Positions 9,179 through 19,743 of a DNA stretch of 64,000 bases are shown one piece after another. Both the position numbers and the translations under genes were made by a program. The stretch lies in the IMG/VR virus record IMGVR_UViG_3300047375_000738; one strand, 5' to 3'. The notes beneath the pieces were generated by a model. It was not told where the DNA came from and did no database searches. It saw only the letters and a program-made list of their open reading frames with translations. The stretch's first letter is position 1. Each line of letters opens with the position of its first letter. Source of the DNA: a virus. Lineage: Duplodnaviria; Caudoviricetes.

Positions 9179-10392
9179 AGGAAGAACATTTAGGAAATGG
9201 AACGTTTTGCATGTTTCCTTGGCTACACTTAAATGTAACACCCAAGGGAGATGTATATCCGTGTTGTAGTAGCGACTATGTTGAACCTTTTGCTAATGTA
9301 AAAGACACAACATTAGAACAAGCATTTAATACTGAACGGATGAAACAGTTGCGACTCGATATGTTAGCTGGTCGTAAAAACGAAGCATGTACATTTTGTT
9401 ATAAACACGAAGAAAGTTCTCCTTACAGTTTTAGAAAATATAGTATTGAGAAATTTGCAGACAAGTACGAAGAATTAGTACCCTATACTAATCAAGACGG
9501 CAGCTTAGATAAATTTACAATGGCATATTACGATATACGCTTTAGTAACATTTGTAATTTTAAGTGTAGAACCTGTGGCAGTGAATTTAGTAGCAAGTGG
9601 GGACAAGAACACAAAGAACACGATGCGCCCCCTCCAGGATTTAAAGTTGTACAACATGCAGATAGTAGTGGCAAATTATTAGATCAAGTATTAGAACAGA
9701 TACCTAATATTGAATTAGCATACTTTGCTGGCGGCGAGCCACTTATTACAGACGAACACTATACAATACTCAATGAAATGATTGCTAATGGTAGTTGTAA
9801 AGATATTACATTACGCTACAATACAAACATGAGTAACTTTAGATACAAAAAATACGACATACTTGACATGTGGAGTAATTTTAAAGAAATTGAAGTTAGT
9901 GCTAGTTTAGATCACTTTGGTCCAAAGGCCGAATATATTCGCAACGGTACTCATTGGTTTACAGTAGAAAATAATTTACGTACAATTAGAGATGTTGATT
10001 TTATCAACTACCAATTCAATTGCGTATTGAGTAATTTAAATTATGTTACACTTGGTGACTTTTTTAGATATATGATTGATAAAGACTTATTACGTAAGCA
10101 CGATTACATTAGCATTTACCATTTGTTAAATCCTAGTTTTTACAGTGCGCAAAATCTTCCTTTAGAATTAAAAGAACAAGGCACACTTGGATTATTAAAA
10201 GTTATTAATGAAATTAAGGATGACTTTTGGTGTACACAGCATATACAAAATGCATTGAATTTTGCCAATAGCGATCATACCTGGGAACAAAACGGCAAAG
10301 AATTTATACATAATACTGTAAGAAGAGATAAAATACGAAATGAAAATTTTGTAGAAACATTTCCTGAACTGGCATCAATGATAAATGGATAA
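9175..10392 (+). CDS. Radical SAM protein with N-terminal twitch domain
   Basis: ATGA-coupled start 9175. FCMFPW..PCC..CTFC, CNFKCRTC, AGGEP, D..R..FPEL. Confidence 0.9.
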   Translation: MKEEHLGNGTFCMFPWLHLNVTPKGDVYPCCSSDYVEPFANVKDTTLEQAFNTERMKQLRLDMLAGRKNEACTFCYKHEESSPYSFRKYSIEKFADKYEELVPYTNQDGSLDKFTMAYYDIRFSNICNFKCRTCGSEFSSKWGQEHKEHDAPPPGFKVVQHADSSGKLLDQVLEQIPNIELAYFAGGEPLITDEHYTILNEMIANGSCKDITLRYNTNMSNFRYKKYDILDMWSNFKEIEVSASLDHFGPKAEYIRNGTHWFTVENNLRTIRDVDFINYQFNCVLSNLNYVTLGDFFRYMIDKDLLRKHDYISIYHLLNPSFYSAQNLPLELKEQGTLGLLKVINEIKDDFWCTQHIQNALNFANSDHTWEQNGKEFIHNTVRRDKIRNENFVETFPELASMING

Positions 10393-11668
10393 AGATAATT
10401 TACTAAAACGCAACAAAGCATTTTGTATTCTTCCGTGGATACATATGCACGCCTGGCCCGATGGCAGGGCAATGCCTTGCTGTATTGCGGATAGCGATCA
10501 GCCTTTTGGCAATGTTAAAGAAAATAGTATCAAAGAAGTTTGGAATAGTGACAAATACAAAGAACTACGTTTAGCAATGCTTAATGGTGAAAAACTAGAT
10601 TGTTGCAGACGTTGCTACGAACTCGAAGATAGTACTTACATCTGGACACTGCGTAAAAATCATAATCAGTGGTTCGGCGATAAACATTTTGATCTAGTTG
10701 AAAAAACAAACGCAGATGGCAGCATTGATGAAATGCGTATGGCGTATATGGATATACGATTTAGTAACATATGTAATATGAAGTGTAGAACATGTGGACC
10801 TGAATTGAGTAGTCTACACGCACAAGAACATGGCGAGCTATATGGAAAACATGAAGTTGCTAACATACTTAAAAATAATGGCAGTAATATTGTTAATGTA
10901 GCAAAGCACAAAGACTTTTGGAACGAACTACAGCAATACTTGCCAGATGTTGAAGAAGTATATTGGGCAGGCGGCGAGCCGCTTATTACAGACGAACATT
11001 ATAAAATATTAGATCATTGGATTGATATTGGTAAAACTGATGTGCGACTACGTTATACAACTAATTTTAGTAATCTAAGATTTAAACAAAAAAGCATTAT
11101 TGATTATTGGAAAGAGTTTCCAGATATTCAAGTTAGTGCAAGTTTAGATGCAATGGGTGCAAGAGCTGAGTTTATGCGGTTTGGCACAGTATGGGATACT
11201 GTTGAACGTAATAGACAAGAAATGCTTGAACACTTGCCTAATATTCATTTTGAACTAACACCAACAATAAGTATGTACAATGCTTGGAACTGGCCCGACT
11301 TCCATATGGATTGGGTTGAACGTGGATTGGTTGATATTGAAAATTGTAGATTAAACATGTTAACTGATCCAGATTTTATGCGTTTAGATAATATTCCAAA
11401 TGATTATAAGATTGAGTTACGTAGTAAATACATTGACTATAAAGCATGGGCATACGACAAAATTAAAGATCGCATAGCAAACAATCCAGCAGTAGTAAAA
11501 GATGTACTTGGTAAAATTGATAGTGTGATACAATTTATGAACACAGGCGAGTTAAACAAAGATAAATTAAAACAGTTCTTTGACAAAAATCATGGACTTG
11601 ATCAGCATCGTAAAGAAGACTTTTGGAGTACGTTTCCTGAACTAGAGTGGTTAAGAAAATATGTCTAA
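10385..11668 (+). CDS. Radical SAM protein with N-terminal twitch domain
   Basis: FCILPW..PCC..CRRC, CNMKCRTC, AGGEP. Close paralog of 9175..10392. Confidence 0.9.
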   Translation: MDKDNLLKRNKAFCILPWIHMHAWPDGRAMPCCIADSDQPFGNVKENSIKEVWNSDKYKELRLAMLNGEKLDCCRRCYELEDSTYIWTLRKNHNQWFGDKHFDLVEKTNADGSIDEMRMAYMDIRFSNICNMKCRTCGPELSSLHAQEHGELYGKHEVANILKNNGSNIVNVAKHKDFWNELQQYLPDVEEVYWAGGEPLITDEHYKILDHWIDIGKTDVRLRYTTNFSNLRFKQKSIIDYWKEFPDIQVSASLDAMGARAEFMRFGTVWDTVERNRQEMLEHLPNIHFELTPTISMYNAWNWPDFHMDWVERGLVDIENCRLNMLTDPDFMRLDNIPNDYKIELRSKYIDYKAWAYDKIKDRIANNPAVVKDVLGKIDSVIQFMNTGELNKDKLKQFFDKNHGLDQHRKEDFWSTFPELEWLRKYV

Positions 11669-12632
11669 CTTAACAAAAATTACTCCAATGGCAGAACCAT
11701 ATGCTACAATAACGTGGCAAGTAAACAACTTCTGTAATTTTCAATGTACATACTGCAATCCAGGTAATTGGGCAGGATCAAATCGTAACAACAGTAATCT
11801 TGATACATATATGAAAAATGTACGTGGCATATTTCAGCAGTATCAAGACAAAGGATACAAATACTTTAAGATATTTTACAGCGGCGGCGAACCTACACAC
11901 TGGGAAAACTTTATTCCTCTTACAGAATATTTAAAAGACGAATTAGGTGACAATCTTACAGTAGCAGTAAATACAAACTTATCACGTCCAGTAAGATATT
12001 GGGAAAAGCATTGTCACTTGTTTGACGATATTGTTGCTAGTTTTCATGTAGAATTTTGTAAGAAAGATCGTTATATTGAAAATGCACAATTTTTATGCAA
12101 CAAAGTTGACTATCTATGCACAAAGATGTTGATGCACGAAGAGCGCTTTTGGGAAGTAGTTGAATTTGGCAAACGTGTAAAAGCCGAAGTGCCTAATTAC
12201 AATTTAGAATGGACACCGTTGTTTGACGAAATGAGTGTTAATGCTGGTCCGTGGCAATACAAAGATCCTGATAAAGTAAAATTTTTAGAAGCTGCTCAGT
12301 TTGAAACTAAAATATCTATACCAAAGCCGTATAGACAAAACAAAGCAATTAGTAATAGCCATTATGATAACGGAACAATTGTGCCAACAAACAGCAACAC
12401 TATTATTGCTGATAGACAGAACTTCTTTACAGGATGGAAATGCTCTGTTGACGATGCATTGTTTATCAATCCAAGAGGAGAAATGTCAAGTGCAAGTTGC
12501 GGCGTTGGCAACACTCATGGAAATATTTTAGATAAAGACTTGACATTTGACATGAAACCTGTTATATGTAGTAAACAACACTGTCATTGCGGCACAGATA
12601 TTATTATACCAAAGGAACCAATTAATGCATAG
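11661..12632 (+). CDS. Radical SAM protein with C-terminal SPASM/twitch-like Cys cluster
   Basis: CNFQCTYC, SGGEP, GWKC..SC..ICSKQHCHCGTD. Confidence 0.9.
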   Translation: MSNLTKITPMAEPYATITWQVNNFCNFQCTYCNPGNWAGSNRNNSNLDTYMKNVRGIFQQYQDKGYKYFKIFYSGGEPTHWENFIPLTEYLKDELGDNLTVAVNTNLSRPVRYWEKHCHLFDDIVASFHVEFCKKDRYIENAQFLCNKVDYLCTKMLMHEERFWEVVEFGKRVKAEVPNYNLEWTPLFDEMSVNAGPWQYKDPDKVKFLEAAQFETKISIPKPYRQNKAISNSHYDNGTIVPTNSNTIIADRQNFFTGWKCSVDDALFINPRGEMSSASCGVGNTHGNILDKDLTFDMKPVICSKQHCHCGTDIIIPKEPINA

Positions 12633-13383
12633 TCATCTACTTGTAAACGGATGTAGTCATACCGCCGGTAGCGAAATCGAAGGCAGCGGAGTTGGTGAAG
12701 GCAATTATAATAGACAAAATTGTTATGCAGCACAAATTGCTAAAAAGTTAAATTGGGAATATACTAATATTGCCATGCCTGGCGGAAGTAACGATTATAT
12801 CAAACGTACTACTATGCTTTGGATACTTGATAATCCAGAACGTGCTAAAAATACACATTTTTTTATTAACTGGACTGGTGCCGAACGCACTGAATATTTT
12901 TATGATAATTGGGACAATAACAGATATAATTTAAATAAATTTATTCCTTATACTCCAGATAAAAAAGTACTGCATTTGCATCCTCAGCATTATCCTGATT
13001 GGGCACCCAAGGCTTGGCGCAAAAATTTAGATATACTAGGTGATCATTTGTTTATTAATCCGGTGCAGTGGCAGATTAATCGATACATGAATATTATTGA
13101 GTTACAAAGTTTTTTAAAAGCAAATAATTTTAGTTATACTTTTAGAAATAGTCTTCAAGCATGTTCAAATACAAAAAGATACAAGTACTATGCTAGTAAA
13201 ATTGATAAACAAAATTTCTTATACTGGGATGATGAAAGCTATAGCTTTTTTGAAAATTGTTTAGCACAAGGGCATAGTGTTGAAGGACAAATGTATTGGC
13301 ATCATCGATTACCGGCTCATACATATTGGGCAGATGAACTTTGGGAATCGAGTTTTAAGTTGTATTCGTCAAACCATTTATAA
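12625..13383 (+). CDS. SGNH hydrolase/acyltransferase-like protein
   Basis: Block I NGCSHT, NIAMPGGSN, WTGAER, and C-terminal His. Confidence 0.6.
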   Translation: MHSHLLVNGCSHTAGSEIEGSGVGEGNYNRQNCYAAQIAKKLNWEYTNIAMPGGSNDYIKRTTMLWILDNPERAKNTHFFINWTGAERTEYFYDNWDNNRYNLNKFIPYTPDKKVLHLHPQHYPDWAPKAWRKNLDILGDHLFINPVQWQINRYMNIIELQSFLKANNFSYTFRNSLQACSNTKRYKYYASKIDKQNFLYWDDESYSFFENCLAQGHSVEGQMYWHHRLPAHTYWADELWESSFKLYSSNHL

Positions 13384-14666
13384 GTGTGCTGCAATACTTC
13401 GTAGTTGTGCATTACTCGTGGTATTAATTTAACATACATTTTACGCAAATCTTTAATATCAAAGCTATTTACATACTTAATTGTATCGCATATAGAAACT
13501 AATCTGTCACTGGTGCATTTGATGTTGTCGTAGTCTTCGGGATAAAAATCATCAAATGTTTTAAAGCCCATAGTTTGCAAATATTTTAATGTACCTGGCG
13601 CAGCAACATGAATCATTGGTCGAAATGCCTTTATTGGATTCATTGTTTTTTCACTAATATTTGGCCATGGTTGTGTTACTCTTGTTTCATTAATAATAGC
13701 AACAAAACACCGCGAATATGTCCTGTTGGGATCTTGTGTTCGTCGTCTATTATATTGCCCAGGTGTATTATAATCAGGATCAGATTGTGTTATATCACAA
13801 GCCATTGGATTTTTTGTTTCAAAACTCAACGGAACTTGTGTTTGTAATATTTCATTACCTTCAATCAAATCACTTGCCATTTGCGGATGTCTTTTTTCAA
13901 ATTTTTTCCAGTCAAACCACATATTTGCTATCATATCGTCATTGCTAACTTTATGATAAAAACTAACTTCGTTCGATTGGGTAATTCCTTCTTTTGCTAA
14001 AAATGCATTGATAAAATGTCTAGTAGGATCGTATCGCCATGCTGCACTAAAAAACTTCTTAATAACTTTCTTGTGTTGAATAATAGGATATACATCACCG
14101 GGTATCATTCCGGCTCGGTTATATTCTTCTTGCATATTAAATCGTTGGCTAAACCAACTTACAAATAAGTCTAGAGAACGTAGTGTAATATTTGGATAGA
14201 TATCTTGATAGTACTCCCAACTTTTATGATCTGTACAATATACAACAAGATCTATATCGTGTTGTTTTGCCCATGCATTTAGCGTATCTAATTCATAACA
14301 ACGAATTTGTGACATTTTTTCAGGTTCGTTATCTATTTTTAAAATATGAGGTTCAAGTCTGCCATGCTTGTTTGGAATATAGTGTGTTAACACTTCAAAA
14401 AAGAAAAAATGTATAGTTTGGGTTTTTAGAATTTGAGTATGCTTATCTGATATAAAAAGTTTATCTAAATTTGGAATATTATGTGTGCCATTGTAGATTA
14501 TAGTAGGCTCGGTAAATTTTCCAATAAAACTTTCATTAGTTAAATCCATTAATCCTTCAATTTTACCAATCTGTGTTAATGGTGTTGTGTTACCATCATT
14601 TCGAATTAGTTCGGGCTTAGATTTATTTCGAGGTAAGAAATAAAGACAGTTAAACCAGTTATGCAA
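13317..14666 (-). CDS. Glycosyltransferase-like protein (GT10-like SEKT family)
   Basis: C-terminal INET..ISEKT..P..PM..GFKTFDDFYPEDYD motif shared by four genes. TTG start with GGAG. Confidence 0.5.
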   Translation of the reverse strand: MHNWFNCLYFLPRNKSKPELIRNDGNTTPLTQIGKIEGLMDLTNESFIGKFTEPTIIYNGTHNIPNLDKLFISDKHTQILKTQTIHFFFFEVLTHYIPNKHGRLEPHILKIDNEPEKMSQIRCYELDTLNAWAKQHDIDLVVYCTDHKSWEYYQDIYPNITLRSLDLFVSWFSQRFNMQEEYNRAGMIPGDVYPIIQHKKVIKKFFSAAWRYDPTRHFINAFLAKEGITQSNEVSFYHKVSNDDMIANMWFDWKKFEKRHPQMASDLIEGNEILQTQVPLSFETKNPMACDITQSDPDYNTPGQYNRRRTQDPNRTYSRCFVAIINETRVTQPWPNISEKTMNPIKAFRPMIHVAAPGTLKYLQTMGFKTFDDFYPEDYDNIKCTSDRLVSICDTIKYVNSFDIKDLRKMYVKLIPRVMHNYEVLQHTYKWFDEYNLKLDSQSSSAQYV

Positions 14667-14698
14667 AATACTACTCCAATTTTCGTTAAGTACGTATA

Positions 14699-14704
14699 TA
14701 TTTA
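14699..14704 (-). promoter_or_regulatory. TAAATA late-type box
   Basis: In the 53-bp divergent gap upstream of 14666(-). A TAAGTA variant (14687-14692) faces the other way. Confidence 0.35.
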
Positions 14705-14719
14705 GTAGGAGATTTTAAA

Positions 14720-15496
14720 ATGAACCTGTGTTTTAATAAAAACTATAATTTGTTAGTTGATAGACCTTTTGTAAATCAAACAGTAAATTTTTATTCTAGC
14801 GACGATCAAAAAACATTTAAATTTAATTGTAAAAAATTAAAAAACAAAGACTGGCAATATCACACAGAAACTATTGAATATAAGTTTAACAGTCTTGGTC
14901 ATCGCACAAAAGAAATAGAAAGTCTTGATAAAGATTTTTTACTAACATTCGGTTGTAGTTATACTGAGGGCGTAGGGTTAAATGTAGAGGATATATGGGC
15001 AAGTATGCTTGCAACAAATTTAAAATTAGATTTGTATAATTGTGCTAAACAATCAACTAGCCCTGAAGCGCAGTATATAAATGCATTGTTATGGAAAAGA
15101 AATAATTTACCAAAGCCTAAGCTAGTAGTCTGTCAATGGCCACAAATTGGCAGGAAAATGTTTGGTTTTACAAAGCAAGATGATATTGAAATAGCAGACA
15201 TGAGTGAAACTAAAACGCACGATGGAAGATGGTGGGAAAGACGCTATATTGTTGATAATGGTGAACGTGATAAATCTGTTATCCAGCAGATCGAAGGATT
15301 TAATTTAGTATGGGAAAGTTTGGGAGTACCAGTAATTAATTTTTCTTGGGAACCTATCGAGATTCCGCTGTTTACTAAGATACACGAAATCTCTCCAAAT
15401 ACTGGAAATCACGAAGCCCGAGACAGAGAACATGACGGGGTTAACTTTCATATCGAAACACAAAAGTATTTACAAACTTTATGTTTCTCTAATTAA
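14720..15496 (+). CDS. SGNH-like protein
   Basis: FGCSYTEG, QWP, C-terminal DREHDG (DxxH). AGGAG SD. Confidence 0.6.
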   Translation: MNLCFNKNYNLLVDRPFVNQTVNFYSSDDQKTFKFNCKKLKNKDWQYHTETIEYKFNSLGHRTKEIESLDKDFLLTFGCSYTEGVGLNVEDIWASMLATNLKLDLYNCAKQSTSPEAQYINALLWKRNNLPKPKLVVCQWPQIGRKMFGFTKQDDIEIADMSETKTHDGRWWERRYIVDNGERDKSVIQQIEGFNLVWESLGVPVINFSWEPIEIPLFTKIHEISPNTGNHEARDREHDGVNFHIETQKYLQTLCFSN

Positions 15497-16483
15497 ATCT
15501 AATGTACAACAATGGAAACACCCGCCGAGTGTACGTGCATGACGTAGTGGTAGCATAGCACATTCAATACCATGTGCTTCTAGTGCTTTACGTGTAGGTT
15601 CTTGGTGTTCCTCAAGTGCTACTAAATTAGGATTGACACTAAACAGGTTTACATTCCATGTCCAAATACTACTATTGCACAATCCTGGATAATGTCCAGC
15701 GTCTACTGCGTCTGGTGCCCAGATAATATCCCAGTCTTTGAACGGTCCTGGGAGATCGTCCTTGCTTTTGATACGGCTCGGATTAGCAAGCAATAGCCCT
15801 TCACGTAAAAAAGCAATAGTGCTGTCAATGTGCATATAACTATACACATCTTCTAGCGTATGTACTTTGAAGTTTCCAGGTTCGTCAAAACTACTAGCAG
15901 GTTTATTCATCCAGTCTTGCAAGTATGTAGCACCTGCTTTGTTTCCACTATTACTAACCAAATACATAATATCATCGTTTGCACGAATAGCATTTGCTGC
16001 ATCAAAACACGGAGCAGTTTCTGTTAGTGCTAGTTTGTCAGGATCGCCTACACACGACTCGTCATATAATCCAGTACGATCCGTACGATGTCCTACCTCA
16101 ATCGGTGCAACTCCAGGCATCAAGTGTTTCCATTCTTCGGCTCTTGCTTCAAGTGCCATAGGCGCAGCTAATGCTCGTTTGCCGTGTACAAACACAGTGT
16201 CTCTTGGACAGTAGTTGTAATACTTTACATCCTCTGTACGCTGCGGCCTTACAACCTCAACACTTTCGCCTTCGAGAAACTTTACAAATGTTTCAAGATC
16301 TTCGTTGCTTTCGTCAACTACTTGTTGTGGATACAATCCAGGAACAACATCGCTTACATCTTTTCTATCAGCGTAGTTGATAACTCTTAGACTTTCGTCC
16401 ATTTCGGGTATACGGCAGTAATCAGCAACGCCGACACAAACCTTCTTTAGTGGATCCCACTCATTGGTGCTATAAATACTCAT
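15479..16483 (-). CDS. Amidinotransferase (glycine / inosamine-phosphate amidinotransferase family)
   Basis: NEWDPLKKV, CPRD, PCFDAA (catalytic Asp), MHIDST (His), GGCFHCCTLDL (Cys). Confidence 0.9.
   Translation of the reverse strand: MSIYSTNEWDPLKKVCVGVADYCRIPEMDESLRVINYADRKDVSDVVPGLYPQQVVDESNEDLETFVKFLEGESVEVVRPQRTEDVKYYNYCPRDTVFVHGKRALAAPMALEARAEEWKHLMPGVAPIEVGHRTDRTGLYDESCVGDPDKLALTETAPCFDAANAIRANDDIMYLVSNSGNKAGATYLQDWMNKPASSFDEPGNFKVHTLEDVYSYMHIDSTIAFLREGLLLANPSRIKSKDDLPGPFKDWDIIWAPDAVDAGHYPGLCNSSIWTWNVNLFSVNPNLVALEEHQEPTRKALEAHGIECAMLPLRHARTLGGCFHCCTLDLIRET
16471..16478 (+). promoter_or_regulatory. TATAAATA late box inside the 5' end of the opposite-strand gene
   Basis: Exact TATAAATA, followed by AAGGA and ATG 16503. 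The intergenic gap is only 19 bp. Confidence 0.5.
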
Positions 16484-16487
16484 ACAG

Positions 16488-16493
16488 TATTTA
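16488..16493 (-). promoter_or_regulatory. TAAATA box 4 nt before ATG (leaderless-type)
   Basis: TAAATA-CTGT-ATG(16483), no SD. Confidence 0.5.
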
Positions 16494-16502
16494 AGGAATT
16501 AT

Positions 16503-17231
16503 ATGCGTAGATTATTTACTTTTGGTTGTAGCTTTACACATTATCTATGGCCCTGCTGGCCTGAAATTATACAAAAGCAACTGGAAAATCAAACCGAGGT
16601 GTATAATTATGGCATGGCTGGAATTGGTAATGTTGGTATAAGCTATCGTATCCTTGAAGCTAATATGATGCATAAATTTACACCCGAAGACAAAATTATT
16701 ATAATGTGGACTAGTTGGAATCGCGAAGATCGATTAATGGGCGGCAATTATTTACAGCATGGAAATATGTTTAGTGGCAATGGCGGCAGTACATGGAGCA
16801 AGTTTATGCGAGAATTTAATAGCCCAAGCCACGATGCATTAAAAAATATTACTGCAATGCATTATGTAAACAAAACATACGGGGATATGATTATGTACCA
16901 AGCGTGTGGATTTGATCAGCATTATGAAGATGCAGTTGTCGGTTTACCACTACTTGACCATTTTAAAGATTTTACTATTGATATGCTATACAAAAATTTA
17001 GAAACAGGAGATCCTAGTTTTGAAGGGTTGCACAACGATCCACATCCAGATATCCTTGCACATCTACAAATTGTAAAAGAACAAATGCCTATTGAAATAG
17101 ATAGAAAAACTGAACAGTATTGGATCGATATACAAAACACTTGTGTAAACGAATTACGCAAAGGTAGAAAAATTTATGAAGTACTAGATGAGTTAGGGTA
17201 TCCGTTTAATCCAAGAGAGTTTATGCAATGA
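16503..17231 (+). CDS. SGNH-like protein
   Basis: FGCSFT, NYGMAGIGN, WTSWNREDR, DPHPD. Confidence 0.65.
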   Translation: MRRLFTFGCSFTHYLWPCWPEIIQKQLENQTEVYNYGMAGIGNVGISYRILEANMMHKFTPEDKIIIMWTSWNREDRLMGGNYLQHGNMFSGNGGSTWSKFMREFNSPSHDALKNITAMHYVNKTYGDMIMYQACGFDQHYEDAVVGLPLLDHFKDFTIDMLYKNLETGDPSFEGLHNDPHPDILAHLQIVKEQMPIEIDRKTEQYWIDIQNTCVNELRKGRKIYEVLDELGYPFNPREFMQ

Positions 17232-18310
17232 TTCCGTTTCCAATAGATAACAATGGCACAGTTTGGTGGTTTGTGTGGAAACACGCCACAAGCGAGAAAA
17301 TGTTTCAAGATTTAAAGCGTACTATGGCACATCCAAATTGCAAACAAGTTATTATTGCATCGTTTGAAGAATACGAAGCAGTTTATATTTTTGATAGTGC
17401 AAAAACATGGAAGAAGTTTTCTAAATATGCATCTTCGGTTGATGTTAAAGTACACTTAATATCTCCGGCATACAAAGGCAGTTTAAATAATCGTTATTAT
17501 ATTAATGATGCAAGACAAACACCCTTGATGCATTTCTTTGCAAATATCTGTATTAGTCGACTAATACAACACAAACTTCCTTTGGCCACACACGAAACAA
17601 TTAATAAACTATTTGTATCAACAAACGGTAAAGGGCATCCACACAGGTGTATGTTTATTGACACTATGTACAAGTCTAAATTACAAGATTATGGACATGT
17701 ATCTTGGAACGCATATGAAGTTAGCAAAGATTATAAATTTGAACATTTTCCAAATCCAAAAAAACAAAGGATGTTAGACTGGAAAACAACATTTAGCGGA
17801 GATATATTTGTTCCACCACCGCATTATAAAAGCAGTCTGTTAAGTATAGTATGCGAAAGCAATCTTGAATGTATATTTACTACCGAAAAAACATATACGC
17901 CAATCATACACAAACGTCCTTTTATTATATATGGTGTACCAAATTTTCATACTGCATTACGAGAACTTGGATTTCAATTGTTTGATGAAATTTTTGATTA
18001 TAGTTTTGATACAATTGAAGATGATCAAGAACGTTGTGAAGCAATGTTTCAGCAAGTTGCAAAACACAAAGACAGTGATTATAACAATCTGTTAGAAAAA
18101 TGCAAACCTGCAATTGAACATAACTTTAATTTAATTTGTAGTAAGTATCTAAAAACGCCTAACGTGTTTGATGAAGAATTATTGCATTTACTTTCAACAA
18201 CACAAAATAGCCATTGGCACGAAAATTACAAAGAAAATGTTTTTACTGAAAAAGAACACTTTGATAATTGGCTCAAGGACAACAATTTAACATTTAAGGA
18301 AATATTATGA
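17228..18310 (+). CDS. Glycosyltransferase-like protein (GT10-like SEKT family)
   Basis: HPHR, IVCES..TEKT..P..RPF..GFQLFDEIFDYSFD. Confidence 0.5.
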   Translation: MIPFPIDNNGTVWWFVWKHATSEKMFQDLKRTMAHPNCKQVIIASFEEYEAVYIFDSAKTWKKFSKYASSVDVKVHLISPAYKGSLNNRYYINDARQTPLMHFFANICISRLIQHKLPLATHETINKLFVSTNGKGHPHRCMFIDTMYKSKLQDYGHVSWNAYEVSKDYKFEHFPNPKKQRMLDWKTTFSGDIFVPPPHYKSSLLSIVCESNLECIFTTEKTYTPIIHKRPFIIYGVPNFHTALRELGFQLFDEIFDYSFDTIEDDQERCEAMFQQVAKHKDSDYNNLLEKCKPAIEHNFNLICSKYLKTPNVFDEELLHLLSTTQNSHWHENYKENVFTEKEHFDNWLKDNNLTFKEIL

Positions 18311-19122
18311 GATTATTTGCATTTGGTTGTAGTTTTACAAAGTATTGTTGGCCAACATGGGCTGATATAATGGCAGTTGATCTTGGGTGTGAATATTATA
18401 ACTTAGGTATTGCTGGATTAGGTAATGTTGGAATTATGAGTCGAATGGTCGAAGCTGACTTAAAATGGAAATTTACACCCGAAGATAAAATAATTGTCTT
18501 ATGGTCAGGGTTTGAGCGTGAAGATCGAATAAACACGTTTGGCGAATGGGACAACTTTGGTAGTATCTTTCATGCACAACGAGGAAAAAGAGACTGGCAT
18601 GCAAAAAATTGGAACTTAGGAAACGACATTGTAAGAAATTCAACTGCAATTGCTGCTGCAAATAAAATGTACGGCGACAAAATACTTTGGCAGGCACATA
18701 GTTTTGATCCAATTAATGCTGAGCACGATTTAAAAGAAATTCCGTTAACTGACAACGAATATAATGTTGCTATGAATCTTGCAAAACTATATAATCCTTA
18801 TCTAAAAGATATTACAACTTGTTTATGGGATGATTATAATCCAGCATTTGGAAATTTAAATGATATTCATCCTGACACACGAAAGCATTTTAAATTATTA
18901 ATTGAGCATGTGTATAAACCGTTAGACATGAAAATGAAAAGATCAACCAAACAAACGTTTATGGATTTACAGCAAGAAATTACAGACAAATGTATACGTG
19001 AAAATATTAAAAATAATCAGCAAGTGCAAAATTGGATATATGACTTAATTAATACAAATGCAGACTACAACAGAATAGCCGATGTATTTAAACACTATTC
19101 TTTAAGCGATGATATACATTAG
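18307..19122 (+). CDS. SGNH-like protein, close paralog of 16503..17231
   Basis: FGCSFT, NLGIAGLGN, identical KFTPEDKII segment, REDR, DIHPD. Confidence 0.65.
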   Translation: MRLFAFGCSFTKYCWPTWADIMAVDLGCEYYNLGIAGLGNVGIMSRMVEADLKWKFTPEDKIIVLWSGFEREDRINTFGEWDNFGSIFHAQRGKRDWHAKNWNLGNDIVRNSTAIAAANKMYGDKILWQAHSFDPINAEHDLKEIPLTDNEYNVAMNLAKLYNPYLKDITTCLWDDYNPAFGNLNDIHPDTRKHFKLLIEHVYKPLDMKMKRSTKQTFMDLQQEITDKCIRENIKNNQQVQNWIYDLINTNADYNRIADVFKHYSLSDDIH

Positions 19123-19675
19123 GATAGTCTTCCCAAGTCCACATCTTTGCAGGAGTAGCAATTGCATTAGGCAATTTATCTAATCCTAACTGTGCAGTTT
19201 CGGGTGTCATGTAGTAATGATATCCTATACTATTAATATCTTGATCCATCCAACTACAATTACGATGCCTACCATCGTATCCTAATTTTATAAGTGCATC
19301 TCTGTCTTCTTTGCTATCAAGCAGTATTACACCACCTCGCCCTAAACTTAAATGTTTTCTAAATTGAAAACTCAAGCACATATAGCTGCCTGATACATAA
19401 CTGTTTGGTTTCCATAATACTGCTGCATCGTAAATATTGTTACCAAGATAATAATATTCAGACCATTTAGCATTAGTCCATTGAACATCGATGCCAAGTT
19501 TCTTTCCTGTCATTGGAATACTTAGATATGTGTGCTGCGGCACAGTTATACTTTTAGCATTTTTATAACGCAAACATAGTTCAACAGCATGAGTACAGCA
19601 ATCAGTGCTTACAGCATAAGGTGCACCAAAGAATTCTGCTATTTGTTTTTCAAAGTTATCTACTATATCGAACAT
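19088..19675 (-). CDS. Compact DegT/DnrJ/EryC1/StrS PLP aminotransferase-like protein
   Basis: FEKQIAEFFG..YAV, YDAA, SFQFRKHL (PLP Lys), GYHYYM. Start reassigned to ATG 19675. 195 aa. Confidence 0.8.
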   Translation of the reverse strand: MFDIVDNFEKQIAEFFGAPYAVSTDCCTHAVELCLRYKNAKSITVPQHTYLSIPMTGKKLGIDVQWTNAKWSEYYYLGNNIYDAAVLWKPNSYVSGSYMCLSFQFRKHLSLGRGGVILLDSKEDRDALIKLGYDGRHRNCSWMDQDINSIGYHYYMTPETAQLGLDKLPNAIATPAKMWTWEDYPNVYHRLKNSV

Positions 19676-19679
19676 AATG

Positions 19680-19685
19680 TATTTA
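19680..19685 (-). promoter_or_regulatory. TAAATA box 4 nt before ATG
   Basis: TAAATA-CATT-ATG(19675). Confidence 0.5.
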
Positions 19686-19721
19686 ACCACCAGATCTAAT
19701 AACTATATACTTAATGGATTG

Positions 19722-19727
19722 TAAATA
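19722..19727 (+). promoter_or_regulatory. TAAATA late-type box
   Basis: Followed by AGGAG (19733-19737) and ATG 19744. Confidence 0.45.
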
Positions 19728-19743
19728 CTGTAAGGAGTTAGAC